DNA from: Minisyncoccota bacterium
GTDB lineage: Bacteria; Patescibacteriota; Minisyncoccia; Phycocordibacterales; CALRHW01
Direction of reading: 5' to 3'
Assembly: GCA_046350795.1 (NCBI GenBank)
Contig: JAXLZT010000001.1
Span: 2,411-66,410 of the forward strand
DNA length: 64,000 nucleotides
Each line of letters starts with the position of its first letter. Positions within the stretch are counted from its first letter, which is position 1. Of this stretch, positions 49,529-59,565 are shown piece after piece. Under the pieces are notes generated by a model. That model searched no databases and was not told the DNA's origin. It saw only the letters and a list, made by a program, of their open reading frames with translations. A program made the translations under genes and the position numbers.

Positions 49529-50209
49529 TTAAATCACATATTTACCCTCTTTATCATCACGTATGATTCTACCATTTTCCATGGTAATCACGCGCTTGCC
49601 AAGCGAGTCTATAACACCCTTATTGTGTGTAGTCAAAATCACCATAGTACCGAGATCATTTATCTTTTTTAAAATCTGCACTATTTCATATGTGTTGACT
49701 GGATCTAGATTTCCCGTCGGCTCGTCGGCAATGATAATGTCTGGCTGATTGACAATAGCACGAGCTATAGCGACTCTTTGCTTTTCTCCCCCAGAAAGCT
49801 CGTGTGGGAAGCTCCAAATCTTGTGGCCCAGATCTACAAGAGCGAGCACGTGGGGCACATCAGCCTGTATTTCCTCATCTGTCCTACCCGCCGCCTCCAT
49901 AGCAAAAGCAATATTTTCAAAAACAGTCTTATGTGGCAAAAGTCTAAAATCCTGGAAAACCATTCCTATCTTTCGGCGAAAATTGTTGATCTCTTTTGGT
50001 TTCAAAGCATGCACATCTGCTGACTCGATAAACACACGGCCAGAAGTCGGCTTGTCTTCTGCGAGAAGCATTTTTAGTAAAGTTGTCTTCCCTGATCCAG
50101 AATGACCAACTATAGAAACAAACTCTTGAGGCTCAATAGAAAAAGTGACATTTTCAAGTGCGACAGAGTTGTCAGCATATACTTTTGAAACTTTATCAAA
50201 ATAAATCAT
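49529..50209 (-). CDS. ftsE: cell division ATP-binding protein FtsE
   Basis: GHSGSGKT, VFQDFRLL, LSGGEKQRV, ADEPTGNLD. Confidence 0.93.
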   Translation of the reverse strand: MIYFDKVSKVYADNSVALENVTFSIEPQEFVSIVGHSGSGKTTLLKMLLAEDKPTSGRVFIESADVHALKPKEINNFRRKIGMVFQDFRLLPHKTVFENIAFAMEAAGRTDEEIQADVPHVLALVDLGHKIWSFPHELSGGEKQRVAIARAIVNQPDIIIADEPTGNLDPVNTYEIVQILKKINDLGTMVILTTHNKGVIDSLGKRVITMENGRIIRDDKEGKYVI

Positions 50210-50314
50210 GGTTTTGGTAGCATTTTCTGGTTAATTGTAGCATGAAAATTGGGTTGTAAAAAATAAGACCGCCCATTGACAGTACGGGGTTATTTATATA
50301 TTTTCTTACATAGA

Positions 50315-50421
50315 AACCGAGGCGTTGTGTCTCGGTTCAATTGTGTTCACAAGTGGTACTTGTGAACATTTACAGGGTTGCATCAGGTTGTTGCAACCAC
50401 AGTGTGGCTGTGCCACAGAGG
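50315..50421 (+). promoter_or_regulatory. 5' leader of four tandem hairpins ending in GAGG SD (unit 9)
   Basis: Stems at 50315-50337, 50344-50368, 50376-50398, 50403-50417; TTGACA at 50276. Confidence 0.65.
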
Positions 50422-50426
50422 AAAAA

Positions 50427-50945
50427 ATGAACAAGAATCCTATACAGATCGCCAGCGAGGAGTACGTGGCTGATTTCCCCTTCATCGAACACTGGGTGAG
50501 GCAGTACTACAACTCGCTCCGAACAATCACTGTAAAGAGATTGGATTTGGAGGCGCTACAACGGGTGGCCGAACTCTTCTATTTGTTCTTCTTTACTCAC
50601 TGGACACAAATCATCTGTGTCAGCAAAGATAAGAAGATCATGTGTGAGGCTCAGTTTGGCGGAACATTCTTTCACATAACTCCCTGGTGGGCTCCATGGA
50701 GGTGGAAGATTTGCAAAGTCGTAGGACATTCAGCTCTAGACACCCTTATGGGGCTCAATGAGCAAGATCTGGCTCGTGTCGGATATGTACTAATGGTCAC
50801 GGGCATAGACAACGGAAGTGTCAACATCATAATCTACAAGCTTCCAAAAGACCGCACTCTCTCGGAGTTTGTGGATGATGAGAAAGCCAGAATCAAATCC
50901 GAGGCTCGAGTAGAAATTGCTCGTGAAGCTTCGGTTGTTCGATAG
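50427..50945 (+). CDS. orphan protein, 172 aa (unit 9)
   Basis: GAGG SD, ATG 50427, own terminator; aromatic WWAPWRW segment. Confidence 0.7.
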   Translation: MNKNPIQIASEEYVADFPFIEHWVRQYYNSLRTITVKRLDLEALQRVAELFYLFFFTHWTQIICVSKDKKIMCEAQFGGTFFHITPWWAPWRWKICKVVGHSALDTLMGLNEQDLARVGYVLMVTGIDNGSVNIIIYKLPKDRTLSEFVDDEKARIKSEARVEIAREASVVR

Positions 50946-50969
50946 ACGATCGATGTGATTGCCAGACAG

Positions 50970-51006
50970 TGGCCCCAGGGATTTCATCCCTGGGGCCATA
51001 TTTTTT
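50970..51006. terminator. bidirectional terminator between unit 9 and prfB
   Basis: TGGCCCCAGGGAT-TTC-ATCCCTGGGGCCA-TATTTTTT. Confidence 0.8.
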
Positions 51007-51880
51007 ACAACCCCCTCTCGGCTTCAATAAACTCATCTAGGTCACCGGCGAGAACACGGTCTATATCTCGCACCTCTACGTCTGTGCGGTGATCCTTTAC
51101 CATTTGATATGGATGCATCACGTATGAGCGGATCTGACTGCCCCACTCATTTGTCGTGGTCTTACTGACATACATCCCCTTTTCTTTGCTTTTTCTATCT
51201 TCTTCTAATTTTTTATATAGTTTGCCTTGCAATACTTTGAGGGCATGCTCACGATTTTGCGCCTGAGAGCGCTCAGAGTCGGCCTGCGTAGCTAGGCCGG
51301 TCGGAATATGCACCACACGTACGGCTGTCTCACGTTTATTTACATTCTGACCTCCAGGACCGCTAGATCTGGAAAATTCAAATCTCAAATCTTCTTCCGG
51401 AATTTTTAAATCATCATGTCTATCAAATTTTGGTATCACTTCTACCATTGAAAAAGAAGTGTGGCGAAGCTGTTTTGAGCTAAATGGAGAAATGCGCACG
51501 AGACGATGCACACCTGATTCATTTTTTAGAGTGCCGTACACATTTTTACCAGATATTTCTATAGTCACATTACGATACCCACCATGATCATTTTCATTTT
51601 TATGCAATGTCGCACAACCCCAACCTTTTTTCTCAATATATTTTAAATACATTTCTAGTAAGATATGGGAAAAATCCTCAGCATCATCTCCGCCGGCGCC
51701 AGAAAAAATAGTCATTATGGCGTCTCCCTTGTCGTATTTCCCTACCCCCTCTAAATCATTTTTTAAATCTCCTAGCTCGCGAACTTTTGCCTGAGCTTTT
51801 TCTTTATCATTCCAAAAATCGGGTGAGGACATTTGTGCTTCAAGCGAAGCAATCTTTTCCAAAATCTCTTCTTTCTTCAT
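51005..51880 (-). CDS. prfB: peptide chain release factor 2 (short, single frame)
   Basis: HRLVRISPF, GGQ, WGSQIRSY. Confidence 0.93.
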   Translation of the reverse strand: MKKEEILEKIASLEAQMSSPDFWNDKEKAQAKVRELGDLKNDLEGVGKYDKGDAIMTIFSGAGGDDAEDFSHILLEMYLKYIEKKGWGCATLHKNENDHGGYRNVTIEISGKNVYGTLKNESGVHRLVRISPFSSKQLRHTSFSMVEVIPKFDRHDDLKIPEEDLRFEFSRSSGPGGQNVNKRETAVRVVHIPTGLATQADSERSQAQNREHALKVLQGKLYKKLEEDRKSKEKGMYVSKTTTNEWGSQIRSYVMHPYQMVKDHRTDVEVRDIDRVLAGDLDEFIEAERGL

Positions 51881-51922
51881 ATTAAAAGTATATCAGGCGA
51901 TTTCGTTTTTTATAAATTAAAT

Positions 51923-51953
51923 GGCCAGGGATCCAACAAGTGGGTCCCTGGCC
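51923..51953. terminator. GC-rich hairpin terminator of unit 10
   Basis: GGCCAGGGATCCA-ACAAG-TGGGTCCCTGGCC. Confidence 0.7.
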
Positions 51954-52258
51954 TTTTTGCCAGTTACGGGCGTTTCCTTGGGTGACCAAGGGCCGAATGC
52001 GCGGTGCTCTTTAGCGTCCGTGCTCGTGGAGGAGGAAGAGTGGCTTCGAAACACCTATGCACCACAATGCACAGGATCATCGTCGTCTTGTCTTCACTGG
52101 CCTCGACTATCTCCGGTTTTTGCGCCGCCCGACAACTGACAAACCAGGTCTGAAACAGAGCTCCTTGGTAGCTCATGAACCGACCCCTTGGGGTGGCACG
52201 AGGGTTTTGGCCTTGTTGGCCTTGGGCTCGTTTCTTTACTGGATTTGCTCTCTGAAGA
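51954..52258 (-). other. GC-rich ~300-nt transcription unit 10 (structured RNA or 70-aa ORF 51964-52176)
   Basis: TTGCAC..TATAAT at 52264-52289 (-); five CAAGG motifs; several hairpins; ORF lacks a convincing SD. Confidence 0.45.
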
Positions 52259-52334
52259 TGAATATTATACCTCTAATAAAAAAGTGCAAGGGTTTAATTA
52301 TGTGGTTGTGGATTACTAAAAATCACACAATTTC

Positions 52335-52410
52335 TGGAGCCATTGGCCGGGATTGAACCGGCGACCTCGTCATTACCAATGACGTGCTCTACCAACTGAG
52401 CTACAACGGC
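52335..52410 (-). tRNA. tRNA-Thr(GGU)
   Basis: GCCGTTGTAGCTCAGTTGGTAGAGCA CGTCA-TTGGTAA-TGACG..GGTTCAATCC..GGCTCCA. Confidence 0.95.
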
Positions 52411-52536
52411 TTATTAGCTAAAGTGCATTACTACCAAGACAGCTACAACGGCTTATTAGCTAAAGTGCATTACTACCAAGACAGCTACAACGGCTTATTA
52501 GCTAAAGTGCATTACTACCAAGACAGCTACAACGGC
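52399..52536. repeat. tandem repeat, 3 exact 42-bp copies plus a 12-bp partial copy
   Basis: AGCTACAACGGCTTATTAGCTAAAGTGCATTACTACCAAGAC at 52399, 52441, 52483; partial at 52525. Confidence 0.95.
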
Positions 52537-52614
52537 GTAAATTAATGATACACAAAGTTTGCAAATCCGCCAAAAATATGGATAATTTTGGGATATACTC
52601 ATTTCAGGAAATAT

Positions 52615-52687
52615 GTCGGGGTAGCTCAGTTGGTAGAGCACAGGACTCATAAGCCTGGGGTCGTGGGTTCGATCCCCACCCTCGACA
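52615..52687 (+). tRNA. tRNA with CAU anticodon (elongator Met or Ile2)
   Basis: GTCGGGG/CCTCGAC acceptor stem with G1-C72 pair, CTCATAA loop. Confidence 0.88.
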
Positions 52688-52740
52688 CAAGTTTTGCAAC
52701 ATTGTGCGCAAAACGAAAATTTGTTAGATTATAGCCTATT

Positions 52741-52814
52741 GCGGTCGTAGCTCAACTGGTTAGAGCACTCGCCTGTCACGTGAGAGGTTGAGGGTTCAAG
52801 TCCCTTCGACCGCG
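52741..52814 (+). tRNA. tRNA-Asp(GUC)
   Basis: GCGGTCG/CGACCGC acceptor stem, CTGTCAC loop. Confidence 0.95.
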
Positions 52815-52830
52815 CAGTAAGTATAAAAAC

Positions 52831-52866
52831 AAACCAAAAACCGCCCACGAGGGCGGTTTTTGGTTT
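52831..52866. terminator. bidirectional terminator between convergent tRNAs
   Basis: AAACCAAAAACCGCCC-ACGA-GGGCGGTTTTTGGTTT. Confidence 0.8.
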
Positions 52867-52925
52867 ATATAGCAAAAGTTTCAGCCACTGCCACTAAGAT
52901 AATTCCGAACATCTTTTTATACTTG

Positions 52926-52996
52926 TTGCGGGAGCTGGAATTGCACCAACGCCTGGAGGTTATGAGCCTCCCGAGATACTACTTCTCTATCCCGCG
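52926..52996 (-). tRNA. initiator tRNA-fMet(CAU)
   Basis: CGCGGGA..TCCCGCAA with C1:A72 mismatch; GGAGG-CTCATAA-CCTCC. Confidence 0.85.
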
Positions 52997-53071
52997 ATTA
53001 GGTTTTTATAGTATCACAAAATATCAAAATAACAAGAGGAATAGGCGCGCGGCGGACGCCGCGCGCCACCT

Positions 53072-53779
53072 TTATATATACTTAAACTCCTCAAAAACAG
53101 ACTTATATAAAGCGATTACACGTCTTGCCTCTCGCTCATTTAGTTCAAAATTGGCACCTTCATGGGCGATCATATTTCTTACCTTATGCGCCTCCCAAGC
53201 ATTGTTGAGAGTATTGAAATCACTTACTTCTATTCCCTTTAGTCTCTCACCCAAGTTGTCACCATGATAACCCATACTTTTTGTCATTTCATCCAAAATA
53301 CTATCTGATTCAATGATCGCTATCTTCCAATCATTTGGATTTGTGGACTCTATATGCTCCAACACACGCTCCCATCTTTTATTTTGCACAGAAACTGGTG
53401 TAGACATCACGCTAGCATTTGAATCTTTTGATTCTGTGATAGCCCCTGCTGGTTTTGCATATTTTGCTTTTATCTGTTTCGAAAGTTTGGACATCTTTCT
53501 GTATACAGAAACTATCATGTACACAAGAAACACTGATACAAAGAAAGAAATAATTTTAAATATCGGTAATGTGCGCCAAAACCATTTTGACAAATGTTCA
53601 AACCAACCAGAATCATCTAAAGGATTGCTACTCTGCAAAAATCCAAAGAAATTGAGCACAGCATAGCTAAGTAAGGCAATCAAAACACCCGCGATAACAA
53701 GAAACTCCCACACATTTGAGGCGCCAAGTGGACCAGCATCTGAAGGAGCTGATTTTTTATCTTTTTTATCGTCTGCCAT
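53072..53779 (-). CDS. hypothetical membrane protein
   Basis: Two TM helices; WKIAIIESDSILD..GERLK..AWEAHKVRNMIAH (HEPN-like RxxxxH). Confidence 0.75.
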   Translation of the reverse strand: MADDKKDKKSAPSDAGPLGASNVWEFLVIAGVLIALLSYAVLNFFGFLQSSNPLDDSGWFEHLSKWFWRTLPIFKIISFFVSVFLVYMIVSVYRKMSKLSKQIKAKYAKPAGAITESKDSNASVMSTPVSVQNKRWERVLEHIESTNPNDWKIAIIESDSILDEMTKSMGYHGDNLGERLKGIEVSDFNTLNNAWEAHKVRNMIAHEGANFELNEREARRVIALYKSVFEEFKYI

Positions 53780-53801
53780 TTATATAAGTATACTATGCAA
53801 A

Positions 53802-55241
53802 CTACTCATTCAAAAATTCTTTTCCCACAGCAAACAAAATATCTTCGCGACACTCGGCTGACATAAACTGTAAGCCTAGTGGTAAATCTACTCCGTCTTT
53901 TTTTACAAAACCAGAAGGTACGGAAAGCGCGGGAATTCTCGCTATGTTTGCTGGCACAGTAAAAATATCCGCTAAATACATTTCGACTGGATTATCTTTC
54001 TTTTCTCCAAGCTTAAAAGCTGGTGTAGGAGTCGTAGGTGTAATGATCACATCTACTTTTTCAAAAGCTTTTGTAAAATCATCAATGATGAGCTTGCGGG
54101 CATTTTGTGCTTTATTGTAATACGCATCATAGTAGCCAGATGAAAGTACGTGTGTACCGACCAATATACGTCGACGCACCTCTTTCCCAAATCCTTTTCC
54201 ACGAGTTTTTTTGTAATCTTCTAGCAAGTTTTTTCCATCAACATGTAGACCAAACTTTACCCCATCAAAACGTGCCAGGTTTGAAGACACTTCTCCCGGC
54301 ATAATGATGTAATACGCGGGTAAGGAATATTTTATATGTGGCAATTCAATATCTTTTATTTCATAGCCAAGCGATTCAAGTTTTTTTATTGATTGATCAA
54401 AATTGGCACGAACTTCTGGATCTAAGCCATCTATATACACCATATCGCGAGGCACACCAATAACAGGCTTTTTTGACTTCAAAGGCTGTGCCTGCATTTT
54501 TTTATACAAATCATTGGGCAGAGTCGTACTATCAAAAGCATCATGTCCACGAATTGTATTAAATAAAATTTCTGCGTCAGTCACGCTGCGAGTAATAGGA
54601 CCTATTTGATCAAGAGACGAGCCCATAGCCATAAGGCCGTAGCGAGATACACTGCCATATGTCGTCTTTAGTCCAACAACACCACAAAAACTTGCAGGCT
54701 GACGCACAGAACCCGCCGTATCAGAGCCCAAAGATGCAAGGGCGCCATGCATAGCGACAGATGCAGCTGCGCCACCAGAAGATCCACCCGGCACCCTACT
54801 CTCATCGAGCGGGTTGCGAGTCACACCATATGCAGAAGTCTCAGTCGAGCTACCCATAGCAAACTCATCCATGTTTGTGCGACCAAGAAAAACAACACCG
54901 GCTTCTTTTAAACGAGTCGCAACAGTAGAATCATATGTCGCAGTGTAGTTTTCAAGTATTTTTGATGATGCACTCGCCTTTTTCCCTTTTACTAAAATAT
55001 TGTCTTTGAGAGCAAGAGGAATACCCGCAAGCACACTGTCTGTACCTGCATCTATCATCTTTTGAGCTTCTTCTATTTGCTCATCCAGATCATCGTAAAG
55101 CTCGAGGTATGCGTGCACTGTCTTGTCACGTTTTTCTATCTCATCTAAATACGCCTGACAAAGTTCGCGCACCGAAAAATCTTTTTTTATAAGATGATCG
55201 TGTGCTTTGGCGATAGTCATTTTATCCAAATCAATTTTCAT
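53802..55241 (-). CDS. gatA: Asp/Glu-tRNA amidotransferase subunit A
   Basis: KDN, NMDEFAMGSS, PGGSSGG, SNLARFDG. Confidence 0.96.
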   Translation of the reverse strand: MKIDLDKMTIAKAHDHLIKKDFSVRELCQAYLDEIEKRDKTVHAYLELYDDLDEQIEEAQKMIDAGTDSVLAGIPLALKDNILVKGKKASASSKILENYTATYDSTVATRLKEAGVVFLGRTNMDEFAMGSSTETSAYGVTRNPLDESRVPGGSSGGAAASVAMHGALASLGSDTAGSVRQPASFCGVVGLKTTYGSVSRYGLMAMGSSLDQIGPITRSVTDAEILFNTIRGHDAFDSTTLPNDLYKKMQAQPLKSKKPVIGVPRDMVYIDGLDPEVRANFDQSIKKLESLGYEIKDIELPHIKYSLPAYYIIMPGEVSSNLARFDGVKFGLHVDGKNLLEDYKKTRGKGFGKEVRRRILVGTHVLSSGYYDAYYNKAQNARKLIIDDFTKAFEKVDVIITPTTPTPAFKLGEKKDNPVEMYLADIFTVPANIARIPALSVPSGFVKKDGVDLPLGLQFMSAECREDILFAVGKEFLNE

Positions 55242-55261
55242 TGTCGTTTTTTATTATGTTT

Positions 55262-55552
55262 TTACAGAATTTTCTTTACTTTCAAATAATCACCTTCTCG
55301 ATCAGGCATTTCAGCCAAAATCTCCTCCGTAAAAGCACCTGTCTCGTGCGGAGTATGATCCTCTCGCATCACATTATTTACTAGCGCATCATCGCTTTTC
55401 TCAATTTTTTCTGTCTTGATATTGGCATCTTCTATCTGACCAACGTATTTCAGAATATTTTCTAAATCCTTTTGAAAACCAGCCTTTTCCTCCTCCGGTA
55501 TCTCTAGGCGAGCCAAATCTGCCAGCTTTTCTATATCTTTTATTTCAATCAT
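55262..55552 (-). CDS. gatC: Asp/Glu-tRNA amidotransferase subunit C
   Basis: IEKLADLARL..NVMRED..YLKVKKIL. Confidence 0.9.
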   Translation of the reverse strand: MIEIKDIEKLADLARLEIPEEEKAGFQKDLENILKYVGQIEDANIKTEKIEKSDDALVNNVMREDHTPHETGAFTEEILAEMPDREGDYLKVKKIL

Positions 55553-55556
55553 GTTC

Positions 55557-57626
<2,070 letters not shown>

Positions 57627-57642
57627 TCAATTATTAAATGGC

Positions 57643-58227
57643 TTAATAAACGGTTCGCAGAGCACGCTCAAGTCGACGTGAATTGTTGATATCACAAGTA
57701 TTATACCCACGTGATTCTATAGTAGTAATGATAATACCAGATGGCTCACCCAACAACGGATCACTTGGTCGCTTATTTACACGCACTATAGCACAAGGTC
57801 CAGTAATATCACCGTTTCCGTTTATGAAAAACTGAAAAATACTGTTTACTTGACCACTACCATCTGCGTCACCGCCAAGCTTTGCTGTAGTAGGTGTGGG
57901 TGGAGTAGGTACAGTGTACACCTCAGAAACACCATTGATAATTTCATTTCCATTACAATTAATGTCGTTAGCGGCATTTCCATTTGTGTAAAAGGCACTC
58001 TGTCCATTTGGATTTCTAGGATTTTTTGTATCCCAAAAAAGAGCACACTCTACACCAGTATCTGCAGCATAAAAAGCAGTCTGTGAATCCTTTCCTACAT
58101 ATGAAAGCAAAAGTTCTTTTAAAGATACATTGGAAAGTGCATATGTCACAAGAAGAAGGGTGCTCGTAATAATCACAGCCATAAGCAATGCAAATCCTTT
58201 TTCTTTTTTAATGTTTTTTATTTTCAT
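57643..58227 (-). CDS. PilX-like minor pilin
   Basis: KGFALL..AFYAADTGVECA..IESRG. Confidence 0.75.
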   Translation of the reverse strand: MKIKNIKKEKGFALLMAVIITSTLLLVTYALSNVSLKELLLSYVGKDSQTAFYAADTGVECALFWDTKNPRNPNGQSAFYTNGNAANDINCNGNEIINGVSEVYTVPTPPTPTTAKLGGDADGSGQVNSIFQFFINGNGDITGPCAIVRVNKRPSDPLLGEPSGIIITTIESRGYNTCDINNSRRLERALRTVY

Positions 58228-58228
58228 T

Positions 58229-58852
58229 TTAATAATCCAAATCTTTAAGTTGTTGCCAGTTGTACAAATTTTCTGACACTTCCACAGATCTATCTATACC
58301 GTTTTGTTTCCAATTGACCCTAACTTTTACTACAATCTGATTTTCACCATTATCCTGAGGATCACCGTCTTCTCTAAATATACTTATCTCTCTGTAAAAA
58401 GAACTCTGTGTCTTATTTAAATTTGATTCATATTGAAATTGTCCTGTTATATCATTCATGTAAAAAAGTGGGCATCCTTCTGCTGGACACGGCAAAGGTT
58501 TTCCATATAGTGGATTGCCTTCTGGATCAGAAAGTTCACCTGTACTATCAACAAAACACTCCTGGTCACCGTAACAAGGATCATTTTGGTCTTTCGCAAA
58601 ACCATTAAGCCAGGAAACATCTTCTGATCTATTTTTTAACATTTCCAAACCATTATTGTCTCTCAAGTGTCTTATTTGTTCTATTCCCTCTTGCGCCAAA
58701 TAGTAAGCAGTGATTTTGTTTTTAGCATAATTTGTAGACTGCAAACTTGATTGAGCGACAGCAAAAGTACCAGTAATAGAAAGAAGTAAAATAGATATAG
58801 CCACCAAAGCTTCGATAACTGTAAATCCTTTTTTTAGAAAATAATTTTTCAT
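58229..58852 (-). CDS. PilV-like minor pilin
   Basis: GFTVIEALVAI..LAQEGIE. Confidence 0.8.
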   Translation of the reverse strand: MKNYFLKKGFTVIEALVAISILLLSITGTFAVAQSSLQSTNYAKNKITAYYLAQEGIEQIRHLRDNNGLEMLKNRSEDVSWLNGFAKDQNDPCYGDQECFVDSTGELSDPEGNPLYGKPLPCPAEGCPLFYMNDITGQFQYESNLNKTQSSFYREISIFREDGDPQDNGENQIVVKVRVNWKQNGIDRSVEVSENLYNWQQLKDLDY

Positions 58853-58855
58853 AAA

Positions 58856-59545
58856 TTATTTGTATACTATATCCAAAGATCTCTGGGTAATGGTCGTCTG
58901 TATATTAAACTGTGTTTTTGTAGACTCTTTTACACCAGCATATCCGCGCACCACCATTACCACACGTGGCTGTCTAGTATCTCCATCTGCAAAACCAGTT
59001 TGTTTATCTACAATAAGTGGCTCTGTATCAAAAACATAAAAAGATAGACTTTCTATATCCACCTCTGGAGAAGTAATCGAAACAAAAGAATCATCTTCTG
59101 TGCTATTTATAGATCTTTCTACTCGACCAATGTTTGTTTCTGGATCATTTACAAATCTATATCTAATTACGTCATTCACATTTCCGTCACCATCTAAATC
59201 TTTATTTGATAACATTGTTATTTCTTTTCCTGGATCAGTATTTTGACCTGCATTTTGATTACAATCAGCATTTTCGCCAATATAATCTCCTGGATTATTT
59301 CCATTTGGATACAAACTGTCTGCTATACCACAAAAATATCCTTTGCTCACAGTCATATTTTTTGCCATACCGTTTATCACCAAATTTAGATTATTTATCA
59401 CCGACTTCATGCTCTGATTTTTTTTGTTTACGTCTAAGATAGATAAAACGGCCGTAATACTAATGAGCATTACAATAGTAAAGATAGAGACCGCTACAAG
59501 CATTTCTATCAAGAGGAAACCATTTTTTTTATTTCTTTTTATCAT
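58856..59545 (-). CDS. PilW-like minor pilin
   Basis: GFLLIEMLVAV..QTTITQR. Confidence 0.8.
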   Translation of the reverse strand: MIKRNKKNGFLLIEMLVAVSIFTIVMLISITAVLSILDVNKKNQSMKSVINNLNLVINGMAKNMTVSKGYFCGIADSLYPNGNNPGDYIGENADCNQNAGQNTDPGKEITMLSNKDLDGDGNVNDVIRYRFVNDPETNIGRVERSINSTEDDSFVSITSPEVDIESLSFYVFDTEPLIVDKQTGFADGDTRQPRVVMVVRGYAGVKESTKTQFNIQTTITQRSLDIVYK

Positions 59546-59565
59546 TATCTTATTATCAAACCTAC

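Noticed and set aside
50344-50368. parS site for the orphan ParB
   Set aside because: The TGTTCAC/GTGAACA halves are separated by 11 bp and do not match TGTTTCACGTGAAACA; it is better explained as an RNA hairpin.
51005-51900. Programmed +1 frameshift in prfB, or UGA recoding (code 25)
   Set aside because: prfB is a single frame with its own -10 and no CTTTGA slippery site; RF2 is present and TGA ends genes such as pheT.
51954-52258. tmRNA, RNase P or SRP RNA
   Set aside because: No tRNA-like GGGG../..CCACCA ends, no GAGGAAAGTCC and no SRP helix-8 motif seen on either strand.
282-52290. GC-rich units as integron cassettes or IS passengers
   Set aside because: No intI or transposase, no evident RYYYAAC..GTTRRRY attC ends or target duplications; the units are dispersed and have their own promoters.
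52399-52536. Possible CRISPR array
   Set aside because: The units are identical head-to-tail with no unique spacers, there are no cas genes, and the sequence is tRNA-derived.
53044-53067. GC-rich palindrome GGCGCGCGGC-GGAC-GCCGCGCGCC as another islet
   Set aside because: An isolated hairpin directly after a stop codon; most simply a terminator.
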